The notes under the pieces: generated by a model
Databases searched by the model: none
Seen by the model: the letters and a program-made list of their open reading frames with translations, nothing else
What the model was told of the DNA's origin: nothing
NCBI GenBank assembly: GCA_041662585.1
Contig: JBAZSG010000002.1
Location: 13,588 to 77,587 of the forward strand
Direction: 5' to 3'
Source: Patescibacteria group bacterium
GTDB taxonomy: Bacteria; Patescibacteriota; Patescibacteriia; UBA1558; GWA2-36-10
DNA: 64,000 nucleotides
Shown here: positions 62,324 through 64,000 of the stretch, in pieces
How the letters are laid out: every line of letters starts with the position of its first letter
Position numbering within the stretch: the first letter of the stretch is position 1
Program-made: the position numbers and the translations under genes

Positions 62324-63742
62324 ATGAAAAATTGGCTAAAAACAATACTAATTACCATTTTATTATTAAATTCATTTGCTTATGGATTTGAGGCCTCTGC
62401 CCAAATCTCTATTTATAATATCCAAATAGAAAATATTAAAGATTCTAATGCCATTTTAAAATGGCGTACCAATGAAGATGTTAAGAGTGAAATTCGCTAT
62501 GGCTTGGATGCTAAAAATCTAGATACAAAATGGTCAAATAATGTATATAAAAAAAGCCATGAAGCAAGTCTTTATGGTTTAGAAGAGGATAAGGATTATT
62601 TTTATCAAATAACTCTATATTCTAGAAGTGGGGAAAAATTAGAACTGTATCCCCGATCTTTTTCAACGGATAATATGGAAGACACTAGAGCTCCTAATTT
62701 TATAGATACTAAAGTTGTCCAAACAGTGGGTAATACTGTTGCTATTGCTTGGGAAGCAAACGAAAAAGTATATTCTGAAATTCAGTATTATAAAGAAGGT
62801 TACGGTGATAATAGAAGTACCAAAAAAGTCAGTGGCTACAAAACTTATAATCAGTATTTTATATATGATCTAAGTCCAAATTCTCAATACTATATAAAAA
62901 TAACCATAAGAGATAAAGCTGGAAATAAAAAAAGTGATACTGTCAGTGTAAATACTGCTAATAAATTTGATAAAAATATTGCACTTGAACTAAGAAATAT
63001 AGAGCCATTGGCTTTTAATACTAGTCTTGTCTCTAATAATCAAGCCATTATTAAATTTCAATCCAACCTAGCAGCTAAAGCTTATATAAAATATGGTCTA
63101 GCTCCCAATAAATTAAATAAAAAAATTTATATCAATGATCAAAAATTAAGTACCAATTATCAAGTGACGATTGATGGTCTAGAAGCAAATACTATTTATT
63201 ATTATAATATTTATGTAGATGGCGCTGTCTATAATAAAAAAACCAGTGTCGAAGGATTGAGTTTTGTGACCAAAGCCTCTGTCTTGGGTGTCAAAGAATC
63301 AGCCGAAAACTTGGATAGTGATTATGATCAACTTAGCAATGCTTTGGAAATGACCTTGGGTACAAATCCATATAATGCTGACAGTGACAACGATGGTTAC
63401 CGTGATGGTATTGAGGTGATGAATGGTTATAATCCACTAGGTTTTGGTAAGTGGTATAAGAAAATAGATTTTTTCTATGGCAAACCTCGTCTAGATTTAG
63501 AATACGAACAAAACAAAGCCACTGAATTGAAAAAAGCTATTAGCAAAAAATTGCCTTATGTTTATATAAACGCCAATACTTGGAACATGCTAGTAAACGC
63601 CTATGTTTATGGCAATTACCCCATAGATGCTATTATAATGTATGTCAAATTAGATGGAAAAACAGTACATCCTGACATAGCTTGGAATACTTGGAAAGAT
63701 AATCCTGATTATACAAAATATGCCAAATATATAAAAAATTAA
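62324..63742 (+). CDS. Secreted protein with three FN3-like domains and Ca-binding DxDxDG repeats
   Basis: Signal peptide; W.T...S.I.YG..L..L..YYY repeats; DSDYDQLSN.LE, DSDNDGYRDG.E. Confidence 0.8.
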   Translation: MKNWLKTILITILLLNSFAYGFEASAQISIYNIQIENIKDSNAILKWRTNEDVKSEIRYGLDAKNLDTKWSNNVYKKSHEASLYGLEEDKDYFYQITLYSRSGEKLELYPRSFSTDNMEDTRAPNFIDTKVVQTVGNTVAIAWEANEKVYSEIQYYKEGYGDNRSTKKVSGYKTYNQYFIYDLSPNSQYYIKITIRDKAGNKKSDTVSVNTANKFDKNIALELRNIEPLAFNTSLVSNNQAIIKFQSNLAAKAYIKYGLAPNKLNKKIYINDQKLSTNYQVTIDGLEANTIYYYNIYVDGAVYNKKTSVEGLSFVTKASVLGVKESAENLDSDYDQLSNALEMTLGTNPYNADSDNDGYRDGIEVMNGYNPLGFGKWYKKIDFFYGKPRLDLEYEQNKATELKKAISKKLPYVYINANTWNMLVNAYVYGNYPIDAIIMYVKLDGKTVHPDIAWNTWKDNPDYTKYAKYIKN

Positions 63743-63775
63743 AAACACCCTGAGCGAAGTCGAAGGGTGTTTTTT
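63741..63775. terminator. Bidirectional terminator (CCCTGAGCGAAGTCGAAGGG family)
   Basis: AAAAACACCCT GAGCGAAGTCGA AGGGTGTTTTT. Confidence 0.75.
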
Positions 63776-63778
63776 GGT

Positions 63779-64000
63779 TTAGACAAAAGTAAGCCATTCA
63801 TATTTAAATAAAAGCAAAAGCCCTATAATAAACATCAAAATTCCACCAACCAGAGAAGAATAACGACTATATTTTGTACCAAAACCAGTCAATTGTAGAG
63901 TAATCATAGCTGTAAAAAACACCAATAAATCATCCAACATAAAAAAGAAAATATATAATAAAATATAACTATAATATTGCCAAGTGTTTAAATCATTTAA
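63779..64000 (-). CDS. C-terminal part of a membrane protein (partial)
   Basis: Open frame ..YYSYILLYIFFFMLDDLLVF..KYSRYSSLVGG..FKYEWLTFV* running off the window end. Confidence 0.7.
   Translation of the reverse strand, partial: LNDLNTWQYYSYILLYIFFFMLDDLLVFFTAMITLQLTGFGTKYSRYSSLVGGILMFIIGLLLLFKYEWLTFV

Overview
AT-rich bacterial chromosome segment, standard genetic code. Gene content and style (SD-less housekeeping genes, RNase J, Elp3, PilB, orphan PEP-utiliser, CARDB/FN3 surface proteins) suggest Patescibacteria/CPR (inference). Most of the window is housekeeping: ppsA, groES/EL with CIRCE, uvrA, secG, rnj, trpS, murI, glyA, folD, pcrA/uvrD, ychF, queA, queH, ruvB, gyrA, rpsA, ftsH, pilB, valS, tsaE, tsaD, trmB. 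Main observations: (1) the right end of a large-serine-recombinase element whose ORF ends inside tRNA-Ser(GGA). (2) Between that tRNA and its promoter, a module of two 56-bp repeats that copy the tRNA 5' end with a double hairpin inserted, flanking a GIY-YIG nuclease, plus a remnant of a second GIY-YIG gene. (3) Elp3 head-to-head with a Trm9/ALKBH8-like methyltransferase, sharing a CATG, a candidate bacterial mcm5U34 pathway. (4) A c-di-GMP-II riboswitch with terminator ahead of an orphan membrane protein. (5) Several dispersed hairpin families with GNA triloops and tandem GA mismatches. (6) A low-GC two-gene islet (unknown 486-aa protein plus PEP-utiliser-domain protein) preceded by a small promoter-terminator unit. 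(7) A variable region at 48.7-54.3 kb with a promoter-to-terminator duplicated cassette whose protein centre has diverged. All calls were made by eye from motifs; no database searches were run.
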